DNA of 64,000 bases. Source: Amoeboaphelidium protococcarum X5 (Eukaryota; Fungi; Aphelidiomycota). The DNA lies in NCBI GenBank assembly GCA_023515725.1, contig JALDTO010000192.1:857294-921293 (forward strand), written 5' to 3'. A program made the translations under genes and the position numbers. Positions 1-13,131 of this stretch are shown one piece after another; the stretch's first letter is position 1; each line of letters starts with the position of its first letter. The notes under the pieces are model-generated. The model worked only from the letters and a program-made list of their open reading frames with translations. It was not told the origin of the DNA and ran no database searches.

Positions 1-820
1 AGTCTAAAATTATTGATTTCATCGCATTATTGGACGGTAGGAGCAAGCACCATAAACCGTTGATCGTATCCAACTAATCGCATTTGCAACAACATGTTGA
101 AACAACGATCATGGATCATACGCCTTCTTAGAAATCTCAAAAAGTACATCATATAGGGATCGTCGCGATGTCTAATGCTTTCCTTCATTTCAACAACGGT
201 CAGCTCCCTGAATGGACCATACATAAAAATCCAAGATCCAGACGGCGGATGACATTAGAAGAAGTCTCCAAAGAACACCACCTGCACACCACCACAAAAC
301 GAATCAACTTGATGATCGAATAGAGCTCTCAACTTATTGTCCACCGCCTCATTAACTCAGCCTGCAGCATACTCACCTCATCAACAATAAACACAACATC
401 CATAGCTCGCACATTGTCAGGAAACCCAAGATCAGATTTAGATTGCACGGTAGAATGCCATACTTTTTCTCTTGTGATCGTTTGTTTATTACTCAAACGA
501 AACGTTTCATGAATAATAAATAGTATTGCCTTCCTCAAACTGTATATAGTAGTTAGACCAGTGGGACACACCAGCAACACATGTTTACCAATTGATACAG
601 CTTATTCTTAGCATCTTTAATTCAGAACAGGTACGACATCCTTGTTTCAACCTGTCTCCAGTACACCAAGAGCAACTATCAACAATTTGGGCAACCCGTA
701 GCAGCATAAGCTGTTTTTTACCGAGTCAGACAACTAATTCAAATTACGTCCATACTTTAATCCTAACACGCCGTAACTGTAAAAATTAATCAAGTTTATA
801 ACTACAAGGCATCTTCATCT
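1..820 (-). pseudogene. Degenerate PIF1-family helicase fragment (possibly Helitron-derived), runs off window edge
   Basis: Motifs LLVCPTG, FIVDEVSML, FCGGVQVVFFGDFFQ(TAA)CHPP and VVEMKESIRHRDDP occur in PIF1 order but split across frames; Walker A is not recognisable. Confidence 0.7.
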
Positions 821-1135
821 CCTTGTTATCGCTATTTATGAACATAGTGGAGCGAAGAAGACGCTCAGTGTTGTTTGTTTGTAAAAGCTTCGCTGACACT
901 ATAGGGTTGTTTCACCTGAATGAATGACTGACTGACTGAAAAAGAGCGTTTCATCGCTGACGAACGTACTGTACACGCACTGTAACCATAAAAATAACCC
1001 AGAGATTCCATGTGGATCAACTGTTGATTAACCATATGCAAGAAAGCTTAGTTTTGATTGACCCCTAACTTCATTTCCATCTTTTGGGAATTCAATTTAC
1101 TACTGCAACAATATCAAATATTTTGTATCAGCACC

Positions 1136-3190
1136 ATGATATTATTAAAATTAATCATTTTAATCAGCTGGCTCTTGATGAATGTTGCTGCTGGCGGCAG
1201 CGGAGGATAGAAGAAGAAGCCTCGACAGAAAGCGCGAATCAACAATGCTCACTCTTCGAAGGAGCAGGTCGACTTTACTGCGATTGTGGCACATGATGGA
1301 AGCCCCTAGTCAATGTATGACGCGCTGTTGAAGACTTTTGACGAAACCCAGATTGATATGGGCACATATTCAGAGAAGGTAGAGGAGGCATCTCTCTTTG
1401 TATCCCAGGTTTTGGAATCCTCAAAGGATCTGGTTGAAGATCTCGCTTTGGATCATGACGCATTTGATCAATTTTTGGATTGCTCCAACGTTGGCTCCGA
1501 CGTGTAGCAGTCTAACGCTGTGCTCCGGAAACTGTTGCAAGATTATGCCACTATTAAGACCAGCGAGTACTTGTATGTCAAGACTGAGTCGATCATATAC
1601 CTGAGCTTTTTCAGAGAATATCTTGCTGTACTGGAAGCTGGTCGCGTCTAAAAATTTCACTTGTACAACGTTGTGGCGAATCTTCATCGACTCATTCTCC
1701 TACTCTCCAATACGATATTTGTGGAGATCAATATGGCTAGAGATAGATTGTTGGGATTAAAAAAGGCATTGATAAAAGTTCATGGCTACAATTATAGGCA
1801 GAAAATTTAGGATGAAAAATTATTGGCTTTGGAGCTTTCCACCTTGGAATTGTTAAAGCTGGAGGATATTGAGAAAATCTTCTCCCAACTCGACCTGACA
1901 CGCTCATCTTCTATCAATTCTGTGACGCAGATGGCAATTGCAGACATTCGTTCCAACCTATCTAAGTTTCCAGATTTTACGCGTGCCATATCTCTCATAA
2001 TGGATGTTGTCATAACTTACATGGGAGTATACAGCATCCTCATACCGACTGTCGCTGGTAATCAAGCGTTTCTACACATGCTCTCAGAATGGCATAAAAG
2101 TCTTCCTATTCATAATCTTGCAAGTGGTCGAGTGGATCATCGGAACTAAGTGAAAAGTAATATACTATCTATGCTGAATAAACCAGGTGAAGAGGAGATA
2201 TACGATCCTTTTGAAGCGAAAGCTGACTTCATTACTGACTTGTTCGCTATCGATCGTGTTTTCAAGATATGGAATGCTTTGGCTTAGCAAGAAGAGTACA
2301 TTTAGTTATGCTTTGCTCAAAGAAATTAATACTATCTACTCACAAGGCAAGAGTAAGCAGAGTGGTTAGACTACTAATATAAAGCTTATCGCTAGTTGGT
2401 TGCCGATATATATACTCACTTATATCGATTCTACCGAGAGATTATGATTGGCGAATTTATTAATTTGAAGCCAGGTGTATAGAGAATTATACAGGTTTCC
2501 GGTGATGATGCTGACTCTATATCTACTCATGAAGTCGTTCAGTTGTCAGAGGTGTTGAAATAGTCTTTGTTACTGGATGAGAATGCAGATGACAATGGCT
2601 AGGGATTGGCAATCGCGAGTGAAGATTTGTAGATAAATCGCGATGAAGATGCACCAATTGCTCGTGATTATCCTGGTTATGGGAATAAGCACGAGGATTT
2701 TGAAGTCGATTCATATCATTATAAGCCGCAATTTGGTTTAGAGAAGCAATCTGATTCCATTTTTGAGACCAAGACGTAGCCACCAACTGACGATATACCT
2801 TCTCGGAAGGATATATGCCGATCTTTGGAGCAGTATGGAAGGTATCAGTTCAAGGGATGTGGTGAACTTCAATCTAAAAGTATCCCGCCAATTGCGATAA
2901 AAAAGAACTAGATGAGGATACTTTGTCAGATCATGTACGGCGAGATTGAAGGTGGAAGCAATGTCTAATTTCTGGATTTTAAGAAACTTTTGGCTTAATT
3001 CGGAGCCTCGTTTACACCAAAAGGTGGCAGTATTGAAAGAATAGATATACCGTGGATTAGGAAGGACTTCAAGATCATTGATGGACCTCACAAGAGTTCG
3101 ACCAGGCTGGGCAGGAATGTGATCAAAGGAGCGCGCAATGTGCTCAACCATTTCTAGATACTTCCTGAATTCTTTACACCGGTATATTGA
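1136..3190 (+). CDS. Secreted protein with C-terminal HicA-like domain, divergent paralog 1 (684 aa, TAR=Gln)
   Basis: One frame from ATG 1136 to TGA 3188. N-terminus MILLKLIILISWLLMNVAA-GGSGGQKKKPRQK. C-terminus LCQIMYGEIEGGSNVQFLDFKKLLAQFGASFTPKGGSIERIDIP...IIDGPHKSSTRLGRNVIKGARNVLNHFQILPEFF aligns with the paralogs at 21.9-29.7 kb. Confidence 0.8.
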
Positions 3191-3286
3191 TGATATAATT
3201 ATCCTGATTAAGCGCATAAATATTTGCCAAGGCTATGTAAGGGAATGAACATGAAATAGAATGTTTTCTGAACAAGTTTAATGCAT

Positions 3287-4562
3287 TTAATGAAGTCCTA
3301 GGACCTTGTACATGATTTTAGTCAATAAGCTTAGTAGTGGAATGTAGACGATGAACAGGCGCACAGTATCCAGTACCCACAAGTAACCGTCTTGCTGAAC
3401 ATCCCAAACATTAGATCCCTTGCCATAGACGTTCTCATTGATAACAAGATCTTTGTACGCGCACTTCTCTTTACAATACGGGCACATATCTTTCTTGCCA
3501 ATAAGGAGCCATCCGCGAATACACGGCTCGTGGAAGCTGTGCCTGCATGACAGTCTCACAGATGGTATAAGAAGAGATAAATCAGTGCCATACCCAGATG
3601 ATTGATGTGAAGGAGGCGAATGCAGATGACCAGTTTGAGACGACTATTCGCCAAAGTCCGAGTCATTGACAGCATCACCACATAAAGCACATACACCAGA
3701 TCTGAGATGCTTAGCGGGAAAGCCTTCAGTTACAAAGTATCCCACACCAGAGGCCATAGTGGAACTCAACAAGTCAATCAAATCTCTAGCCAGAATACCA
3801 AAATATAGAGCGTAGAATAGAAATAACACTGCCGTCTCAAAGAACCAAGGATTTCTATTATCAACACCTAGATCGTAAAGAGGATCAGAAGGACTGACAT
3901 TACTATCCAGCGTCTGTTCGGTACTCGTTGTATTACTGCGTCCATTTACACCAACAACACCGGCACCACCACCGCCGAAAACGGGCAGCGAAGACAAACC
4001 AAGAAAGTCGGCGATAAACAACACGTATCCAATTATACCGATTAGATAGCAGATCTGGTAACAACGCTAGAACCATCTATAAACCAATCTGGGCGTGGTA
4101 TGAGACAGAGGTCTTCTACTAGCCATCCAAGAAATGTACGCATTACCCGCAGTGAATAATAGCCATACCACCTCAAATCTATACGGAGGCTTTTATTAAG
4201 AGGGAGACTTCTAACTTGAATGTGGATCGTTAGCCACCACGTTAGCTTACAAAGCGATCCCCATCGGTATAACCCATAACGCCAGCAACTCATATAATTT
4301 AAACGACTTGGCATTACACTTCTTCCAATACAAGACAACAACCTATATAGCGCATGCACATAGAATCATGACCAGGAACATGGCATTGTGTTCAGCCATT
4401 GCATCGGCAGTAGTTTAGTCTCCATGCTCCTTCTAGATATGATCCATCAAAGGACTTCTACATACGAAACATATTCATTAGAAATTGGGGAATCGATAAG
4501 TAAGTATACAAATGTCACATGAAAATAAATTACCTTTCATGACTACTATTAGGCTGACTCAT
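3287..4562 (-). CDS. RNF121: RNF121/RNF175-like multi-pass membrane RING-H2 E3 ligase; intron 4458-4533; 3' end uncertain
   Basis: TTPRLVYRWF, LFYALYFGILARD, CALCG...LSCRHSFHEPCIRGWLLIGKKDMCPYCKEK; phase-compatible GT-AG intron. Homology ends at VLGLH-TAA (3287); the first in-frame TGA is at 2711-2713. Confidence 0.85.
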
Positions 4563-4660
4563 TTTAACAATATTCTTTGTGCCAAAGAGGTTTTTCTTTT
4601 TCAGAGTGCCGCAGATTAAAGAACTAATTCGCTTCGACTGGGGAACTTGATTGAGTTATC

Positions 4661-5089
4661 ATGAACAAACTTCGATCTTATTTTAATGCTAGATTCGCGT
4701 CTCTAGATAGAAGAACATCTGTGTAATATTTCACATCGTTTGTGATACTTCATGAATTATCTGCTGTTATTCCGCTGCCTGTGATATACTATGGTCTGTG
4801 GGTGTATGGATTCGGGAACGGTTTGTCTGATGAACAGGTGGTCGAAACTCTGCACATACGGCAAGAATATCTGGACAAGGCAAGACGAGTATATTACAAG
4901 TATTCTTCAAATACAACTGGAGACTCTGGCAACACTACTTAAAAAGACGTGTCACCTGTTATTGTACGTATGGCTGCATCATACGCAGTAGTTAAGCTTC
5001 TGATGCCGGCTCGATTGGCAATGTCTGCGGTGCTTACACCGTCATTTACGCGTTCTGTTGTCGCTCCCATCTCGCGTCGCTTTCGATGA
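4661..5089 (+). CDS. FLILHELTA-domain (MRX11-like) mitochondrial membrane protein, 142 aa
   Basis: SFVILHELSAVIPLPVIYY and AASYAVVKLLMPARLAMSAVLTP; open with TAA=Gln; ends at TGA. Confidence 0.8.
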
Positions 5090-5344
5090 TATTCTCTTCT
5101 TAACCTGCAATGAAACTCCCTACTGTATATCGCTTATGAAACTGAGCCATTTTGTTTAGATTCTTTGCCTTTGCTTATATGCTGTTCTACTGTATGCTTG
5201 CGTAAATTCAACTAATGTTTGACTTTGCCAGCTTGACTGTTATCTGCCACTCGAAAGGAGTCAAAGCGACACCAGTTACCAAACGACATCTAACCCCACC
5301 CTCGCGCCAAAGAAATCCGTTTTGTAGCATTCCCCCTTTATTAC

Positions 5345-6195
5345 ATGACGACGCGAACTGGGCGCAATAATCTGCTATCAAAAAGAAAAAAGTGAAAAAT
5401 TAATCGCCAAAATATGGTTGACTTAGATACTGTGATATATAGCGTGTTGAGTAGCTGTAAAATGAGTTGACTCAGTTAAGAAGTGATTATGACTAAAGGC
5501 TAGATGATTAAAAGATTTATTAATAAAAAGCTAGAGATTAAAAGATTGTGTATAATAAAAAGCTGGAAGATTATAATGCGTAGATTGGCCAATTGTAATC
5601 AGAGCTAGCCTAAATTTAGATCAGAGATTTGCTGAGCACTTTTGGCACCTTATTCTGCAGCGAAGTCGGCAAGTGCTGGACAGAGCCTGTTAAAATCGAG
5701 CGCAATGTTGGTCAACATGAGACTTAGTTAATCAATTTCACTTCAACCAAGAATTTGAGGCGTCTTGTTGAAGTAATAAGAGATAAGAATTAGACGGCGC
5801 CAGTTGGAGTTTGCAAGGCTATAGAAGCTTTGGATAAGGCATGTGGAGGTGATTCGGTGGCGTTGGCTCTGTATTGTCATGAGCACTAGGGAAACGAGAG
5901 CGTATTTAATGATAAGGCTCATCCTTTGTTGAAGTATCTTGCGGAAGGTGGTATTAATGATCTGGAGTCTGCTGCATCTGAGATTTTACAGAATCTGACT
6001 CCTATCAGCAAGGAAGTGGCCACTTGTGTTCTATAGGCGGCCGTGACAAAGCAGGCCTAATAGAGTACCAAAGTGACCAGGTCTATCGCTAGCATGGAAT
6101 TGCGCAGCAGAACTCCTACTCAAACTGATATCCCGTCTTCCAAGCGTTCTAGTCGTGTCTAGTCTTCACAAAAATATAAAAAATAAAGAAAGTGA
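5345..6195 (+). CDS. Hypothetical protein with N-terminal coiled coil (putative short intron 5392-5426)
   Basis: TGA-free frame 5428-6195 in code 6 with a heptad-rich start; ATG and intron are inferred; no family recognised. Confidence 0.45.
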
Positions 6196-6584
6196 TCTTG
6201 TGATTGTATAATAGGTTGATCCCTTGTCTGAAGGCTTCATTGGTGTTTCAATTTACTTTTTGAGCCTCTATTCCAGCTGAATTTCATTGCTCGTTCTAGC
6301 GACAATTGGTAGTGATATCACTGATAGAACTGTACTATTTGCTAGCGACATTTGACTAGAAGACTCCTCAAACGGTAGTACCCCTTTACTCTTATTGTTG
6401 CCATCGGAAAATTTATGGGCCTCTCGTTCGTCCGATCGCCACCACGATAGAAATGGCGTTTCACTTGAAGTTTTACTAAATAATTTCTTTCTTCTTCTTA
6501 CGACTGACTGTCCAAGCTGAGTTAGTTTCCCTTTACTGTGCTGAGCTATATCTTTGATAATCACAATTTCATCATTAATTTATT

Positions 6585-7670
6585 ATGCCTGATATTTGGG
6601 TAGAAGTTGGTGATACTGGGGTAGTGGATTCACATGGTGGAAAGTGGTATGCCTCCTCTGAGAATCCTGAGAATTTGTACTTCACCAAGCTGTGGTGTCC
6701 ACCTGAGGGTGTGAAAACTGTTGCCACATTGACTTTTATTCATGGTATTGGTGAGCATTGTATGAGATATGACCATGTTTTCAGTGCTCTGGCTCAGTAG
6801 AATGGTATAAAGACATTTTCATTTGATTAGAGAGGATTCGGAAGAACTGCTTTGGCTACTCCAGAATTCAGCACTAGTAGTAATAATAATAGTAATAACA
6901 ACAGTCAAGATAAGTAGTAGTCATTATAGTCTAAAGGATCCAAATAAACTTCATCTTCTAAGTATAATCTGTCGCAAGTTAGAAGTCGTCCAGTGTTGGG
7001 CGATGCTGGGTCGTGGGATCAATGGATGGCTGATATTGATCGTGCCGTTAGAGGTGATGGTATTGTTAATTTCAGAGAGAACGGTGTACCTCATTTCCTT
7101 ATGGGACATTCTATGGGTGGTATGTTGGCAGTGGCTTACGTTCTGGAGCACGCTGAGTCTTCACAGAAGCATCTCGCCGGTGTCATCTCCTCTGCACCTG
7201 GATTTCGGCCAGCGTTTAGCATTCCGTACTTGAAGAGGAAGTTGGGTGTATTGGCTGCCAATATTCTACCAACTTTGAATATTCCGACTGGTATTGATTC
7301 CACTGGAATCTCGAGTGATAGTGCTGTGGTAGAAAAGTATAACACTGACCCGTACGTGCACAAATATGGCTCGTTGCAGACACTGAGCAGTGTGTTGGCC
7401 AAAGGAGAAGATTGTATTACCGTGCCTGATTACATTGCCAACTGGCCGCAGAAACTCCCATTGTTGGTCTCTTACGGAACTGCGGATAAGATCACATCAT
7501 TTGATGGTGGTAAGTTGTTTGTTGATAGTGTCAAGTGTGATGATAAGATGTTTGAAGTGTTTGATGGCGCCTATCATGAAATTCATAATGAACCGAATGG
7601 TGTCAAAGAGAAGGCTATCAAAACTTATGGCGACTGGATATCTAAGCGCGCTATCAGTACTTAAAAGTGA
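6585..7670 (+). CDS. Alpha/beta hydrolase, monoglyceride lipase/lysophospholipase family
   Basis: FIHGIGEH, FDQ(TAG)RGFGRT, GHSMGG nucleophile elbow, GTADKIT, YHEIHNE; ends TAA AAG TGA. Confidence 0.93.
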
Positions 7671-7729
7671 TGAAATACCAGTAATGTAATCTTTAGTATA
7701 AAGTGTTTTTATAATGAATTATCATGCAC

Positions 7730-8062
7730 TCAATTCAAGTTTATCGATACAGAGAATACAGTAACAATGGCATAGACGCTGTCGTTTTCATACTTGAAAG
7801 TCGCAACGCCATCTTTTGTGTCGTCCCAGAAGCACTTGTGAATGAGATGAAGTCCAGTGTCACTTCGCTATAGCAGACTGCACGTCACTATGTATTTAAA
7901 TGTGCGTTAAGTTGCAGTAAGTTCTTGTAAAAGTTCATCCACAATCTACGTGTTCCAAATGGATGCGTCCCCCGCATTGTACTTTTTCCCATCCAACACT
8001 TTGCCGCACACTTTTTAAATCTTCAACTACATTTCCTATTATTTCTACTTCAAACCCTCCAT
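7730..8062 (-). CDS. Tctex-1 family dynein light chain, 110 aa (missed by ORF track)
   Basis: WNTQIVDELLQEL..RTFKYIVTCSLLQRSDTGLHLIHKCFWDDTKDGVATFKYENDSVYAIVTVFSV. Confidence 0.85.
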
Positions 8063-8339
8063 ATTAACTCTGTACTTAATTAAAACAGACTATAAATGAT
8101 ATAAATTATACTTGTTCTAATAAAAGGATTAAATTAGAACGCGTAAAAAAGCAAGCGATCCAGTTTTAACGCCAAAATCCGAATAAAATTCGTCTCAGAT
8201 GGTGAAAGTGATTGGAGTTCCACAATTGGCGTAACTATTTAAACGAAGAATATGATGAAAGCACTGTTATGTAGAGCATATTCACTTGCTTGAAGTTCAT
8301 TAGAATTATATATATAGAATAAGTCTATATCATTAAAAA

Positions 8340-9995
8340 TCAGAGCCTGTATCTATCTAGGATTGACCATGGAGATGGTTCTTAGCCTTTGGCCCATGGA
8401 GTGATCTAATCAAAGAACCAGTACTGCATAAACGCAACCACACTATAATATAGCAGAATGATGCATACTACCAAGTTGTAGAGGAGCGAATTCTCAGCAA
8501 TCATGTATCTATTTAATGGCGTAATATCTGCAATAACTAAATCCCGAATGGCATCTTGAACACTATTAAACATACAAGTCATTACAAAGTTGCAGAATAG
8601 TATCATGACTAGCGATGGATAATGCTTAAGTACAATCTACTTCTAATTCTACTCAGAGACTCTTATGGCTTTAATCAATGCTGGGATGCAATCATTCTCA
8701 ATTTCAATAGACTTGATCTCAAATAGGACATGAACGACATATTTCCAATCAGAATAAATGACTAGCCAAGTGAACAGGTTGTAGTTGTTCAGCTTTATAC
8801 CAAGTCTTCCATCACCAATAATAATAGGATTCAATTTTGGATCACATAACTATATTGATATATCCACCTGTTAGTGTCGCATCCATCTCAATACCAGATT
8901 CATGCAATACTTTTCAAAAGCATCCGGTTGAGCGTACACAATAGTATTGCCACCACTACTTTGAGGATCAGGCTTCGGATACACGGCTAATCGCTTGTGA
9001 TAAGTCAATAGATACGCCTCCATCATAATCCTGGGCGATGTTAGCAGAATAGTAAGCGGATACTTAATTAATTACCGCACAATGTTCTGGGCAGTTGCAT
9101 CAGTAGGCCGCAACCTAACATACGCCATAAATTTCTTTACCCTCCCAGGCAAATGGTTTTCTAGTCCAGAACTTTCATCATCCTTAATCATGGAACTGGC
9201 CGGTGAATAGTTGCTACTGCCTACACTCTTACTGTTCATATCTGCAACGTCATCTTGGTCTAGCCAAAATATTATTCTCACATCAACTAAGCCATCCTGA
9301 TGCAGGACAGGATCAGTCAATTGTATTTCATAATCTCCTCTAAGATCATTAAAAGGACTAACGTGGAACATTCTCTTCAACAGAAATCCATGGTCATATC
9401 CACTTCGACACTTTACAACCTTTACACCATCCACGCTGCCTTTTTCACTTCCACACGGCAGGGTATATAAATGAGTCTCTCCAAACGTATTATTCACCTC
9501 AAGAACGACAGCTAAAAGACTATCGCTGCTTTGACCATCAACACCAGCACTAGCGTATGCATAATGGAAAGATACCGGATTAAAGGAGTAACCAAGCAGT
9601 CTAGGCATAGTTATAGTATGTACTCTCTACAATACTTTGTTATCAGCATCAGAAGCGGGAAGTAAACCTTTACTCATCAAAAGTCTTTCGATGGATTGAA
9701 ATATTCCAGATCTATGCTACAAGTAAGACTGCTTTGATTACGATTATTATACTCCGCCCACTCTTTAATCAATAGCCATATAGTCATACTCATGAATGGA
9801 TAGAAGGGAGAGGTGAGAGTTCATTCTGAATAGAGGCACCACCCCAGCCCGCACAGAGGAGTCAGCAGAGTTCTTCAAATTTCCGTCGTCCCTCACAAAA
9901 TCAACACCAACATACCATACGGGATACTCAAATGTATGCTTCACCGGTATATACCGAGAGTGGTAAGTGTCTCCCTTATATAATTTAATGGTCAT
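8340..9995 (-). CDS. DUF1365 family protein with C-terminal membrane region, 551 aa
   Basis: HSRYIPVKHTFEYP, TMPRLLGYSFNPVSFHY, VLEVNNTFGETHLY, FHVSPFND; four track ORFs share one frame ending at TGA 8340. Confidence 0.88.
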
Positions 9996-10260
9996 TATAG
10001 TGGTTTCAGTCGGCGATAAATAACAAAACAGTACCAGTTGGGGAAAAGAAAGCACTTTCTATCGTTAGCAGGGAAAAAGTCACTTAAACACATGCGCGGT
10101 AAAAAACACCATAGCTGATTTATGGTGATTCGATGAAGTAAGGCAATATGTTTCAAACAGATTCAGCTGTATTTCATTCTCATTTACTTCACTTTCAACC
10201 TATTCACCTGTATTTCCATTTTTCATTGATTCACCATTATCATCTTGCATATCACTTCAT

Positions 10261-13131
10261 TCACCATTAGCGCTAATAGACTGACCAAGGTTTAGCGCGA
10301 GTCATCAGATTGAGCATCATTATGGACAGAGCGTAAACATCACCTGATTTCAAAATATACGGAGAAGTTTCGGTGAAGCGCATTCTAAACCTTGTAAATA
10401 GTTCAGGAGCAGCATACGATAGAGACAGACCACGCTACTAGCTAACCTCGAAAGCTGTCACCAAGAGCGCACTATCGTCAGTGATAGCAGAAATTCCCAG
10501 ATCAGACAATATAGGTACTAGCCAACCATTCTCATCCACATCCAAGAGCACATTCTGTGGTTTAAGATCACAGTGAACTATACCCTAACTATGCATATAA
10601 GCAATCGTCTGCGTCATTATAAGAATCAGTTTATGCATCTGATTCTTGGACAGTGGATACATTTGCGACGTAGAGCTTTCACCAAGTACATACTCAGCTA
10701 AAGCGCCAAGCGGATAATACTTGATCAACATCACAGCTTCGTTAAAATCACAGAAGCCATGCAACTTCGTAATAAACGGAACATTTCTAAACTTGTAAAG
10801 CAGACTAAGTTCTTGGTAGAAAGCCTGCTTTTCACTAGCCTGCATCTACGTGAATGAGCCAGTGCCCACCTTTGCAACCAAAACATCAGCAGATACATCC
10901 TATACCAATTATGGTGCAATAGGACGAGCCAAATAAATCTTGGACATTCCACCGGCAGCGATCTATTTTAAAATTTAAAAGTCAACACCATAGTTAAATT
11001 TCAAGAACGCTGGGATGTAAATAGCATAATTAGTGGGCAGTGAAGTAGTTTACGTCTGCATAGCTGTACCAAATACGGATGCAGTGTGCTGCTAGAAGGT
11101 AGTATTGATACCAGACTTTGTTGTAGCAGTTGTCTTGGGTCTTCTGCGCCCGTAACGTCTCAGCATCAAAAGACTGGCCGCAATAGATGCAAGAGCAATG
11201 ACAATATACGCCAAAATGCTTAGTGCTTAAACAGCTAATTAGCCACTAGGATTCTAATTCGCAGGTTGCACAAAATTTCGCTATTCTTGTGAACTGGTGC
11301 TAATCTCTCCACCATCCCCCAGAGGCCCGCAGTTTGGACATTGAAAGATAATTAAGGAGTGAGTGAACGATTTAGACGAAGAAGCGCCAACTTAGACACT
11401 GGAGGTAAGCACACTTGGAACAGCCACCGCAACAGCAGAAGAACTTTAAACAGTCATTTAACTTGAAGTATTCGACCCAGCATAATCTAAAGCGGATTAA
11501 CTCATTGAGGCAACAGTGGAGTCACTCTACATAAGGACAGAGTTGGTAGCAGAGGCTGCAAATACGGTTGGAGTAGTAGTGACAGTGATGGTAAGAGCAA
11601 TCGTAGAAGTAGAGGTGGAAGTAGGAGTAGTCGTTGAGGTGGTAGTCGTTGAGGTGGTAGTCGTTGTAGTTGTGGTAGGAGTAGTTGTAGTGGTGGTAGT
11701 CGTTGTGGTGGTCGTGGTCGTGGTAGGAGTCGTACTTGTCGTCGTCGTCGTCGTAGTTGTAGTGGTACTAGTAGTTGTCGTAGTTGTAGTGGTACTAGTA
11801 GTTGTCGTAGTGGTAGTGGTACTAGTAGTTGTCGTTGTTGTAGTTGTGGTTGTGGTAGTTGTGGTCGTTGTAATCTTCTTGGTAGCAGTAGTTACCATAG
11901 CCTAAAATGGTCGTTAATATGCATTTTCCACCTGCAAAACACCATACTGGTACACGTCAAAAGAGAAAACATGGGCAACATCAACGAGCCCCAACCCATC
12001 AACTACTATTCCTTTGCCCATATCATCCCAAGCACCACCAATAGTATATAACACCTAAGATAGGCCACGAGCGAAATTATCAGGATTAATCTCTACAAAA
12101 TAAGCATCTTTCGTGATGCCACCAACCTGTTCATAAGTAAAATAACCTTCAGAGATCAGCAAGTATTTAGTCCATCCAGATACCCACACCTTACCAGAGA
12201 AGAAATCGACATCTATAGCCTCCAATAAATCGTCCTCAGGAGAGCCATAAATCATACTTGACGAAATCCTAGAGCCACTTAAGCTAAATGAGGTTAGCCA
12301 GAAATCTAAGCCTCCATAAGTTGGTTGTCCATCAATTGAACCACGGATGTAACCTGCTGCAAACACCTTGTCTTGCGCTAGACTGAAAGCGATGGCATTG
12401 AACCCAGACTCAATGTTAGCAGAGTATTCAAATATCAATTGGCCGTTGATTGGAGAATAGACTCCAAAGTAGGCATAAAAACCATCGATGACACCACCAA
12501 CGTATACATATCCATTTGCATCTTTAGACACAACAACAGATCTGAACTGGCAGCCACCCGTTGCAGCCTTTTAGATGGTCCAAACATGGGAGCTATCAGC
12601 TCTGTACTTGGCAATGAAACACTAAGATTAGGCAGAGTAAGTATCGGGGCTATTGTTAATCTTACCATTTGTGTAGCCGGCGACATATACGACTTAATTG
12701 TAAGAATCCACATAGACAGTATTGGGGACATCCAGATACTATGAGCCAAATATCATGGTCCAAATCACGGTGCCGACACGGTTTAACTTGACCAGAGTAG
12801 CATCACCACCACCAATTAGTGTTTGACCATTGAAAGCTGTTGTGCACGAGCCAATCGCGTAAATTTCTTAAGTAGCAGTGTCAATGCTGAGCGCAGATAA
12901 TTCATTGCTTATACCTTGACCAAATGTTATTGTGCGGATACCCGTTTAAGTGGCAGGGGCAAAATTGTACAGCCCGTAAAGACCACTCTTAGAGCCCGAC
13001 ATCCAGATACTACCATCAGAGCTCAGCCTAACACCAGTGGTTGAGCTAAGGACATCATTGTATCTGGTTACCGCAGCAAAGGAGAGATATGGCAAAAGGA
13101 GAGGCAGCAATGTACACCAAAAGCTTATCAT
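10261..13131 (-). CDS. Receptor-like protein kinase, 956 aa: signal peptide, beta-propeller-like repeats, Thr-rich stalk, TM helix, kinase domain
   Basis: Single frame in code 6. MISFWCTLLPLLLPYLSFAA; poly-Thr; TM LSILAYIVIALASIAASLLML-RR; IAAGGMSKIY, LVAK, HCDLKPQNVLL, SDLG, YAAPE, GDVYALSIMM. Confidence 0.88.
11600..11872 (-). repeat. ACN codon repeat encoding the mucin-like poly-Thr stalk
   Basis: About 90 near-consecutive Thr/Ser/Pro codons inside the kinase gene. Confidence 0.9.

Noticed and set aside
11516-11905. Poly-Val ORF on the + strand
   Set aside because: Antisense shadow of the poly-Thr stalk of the receptor kinase.
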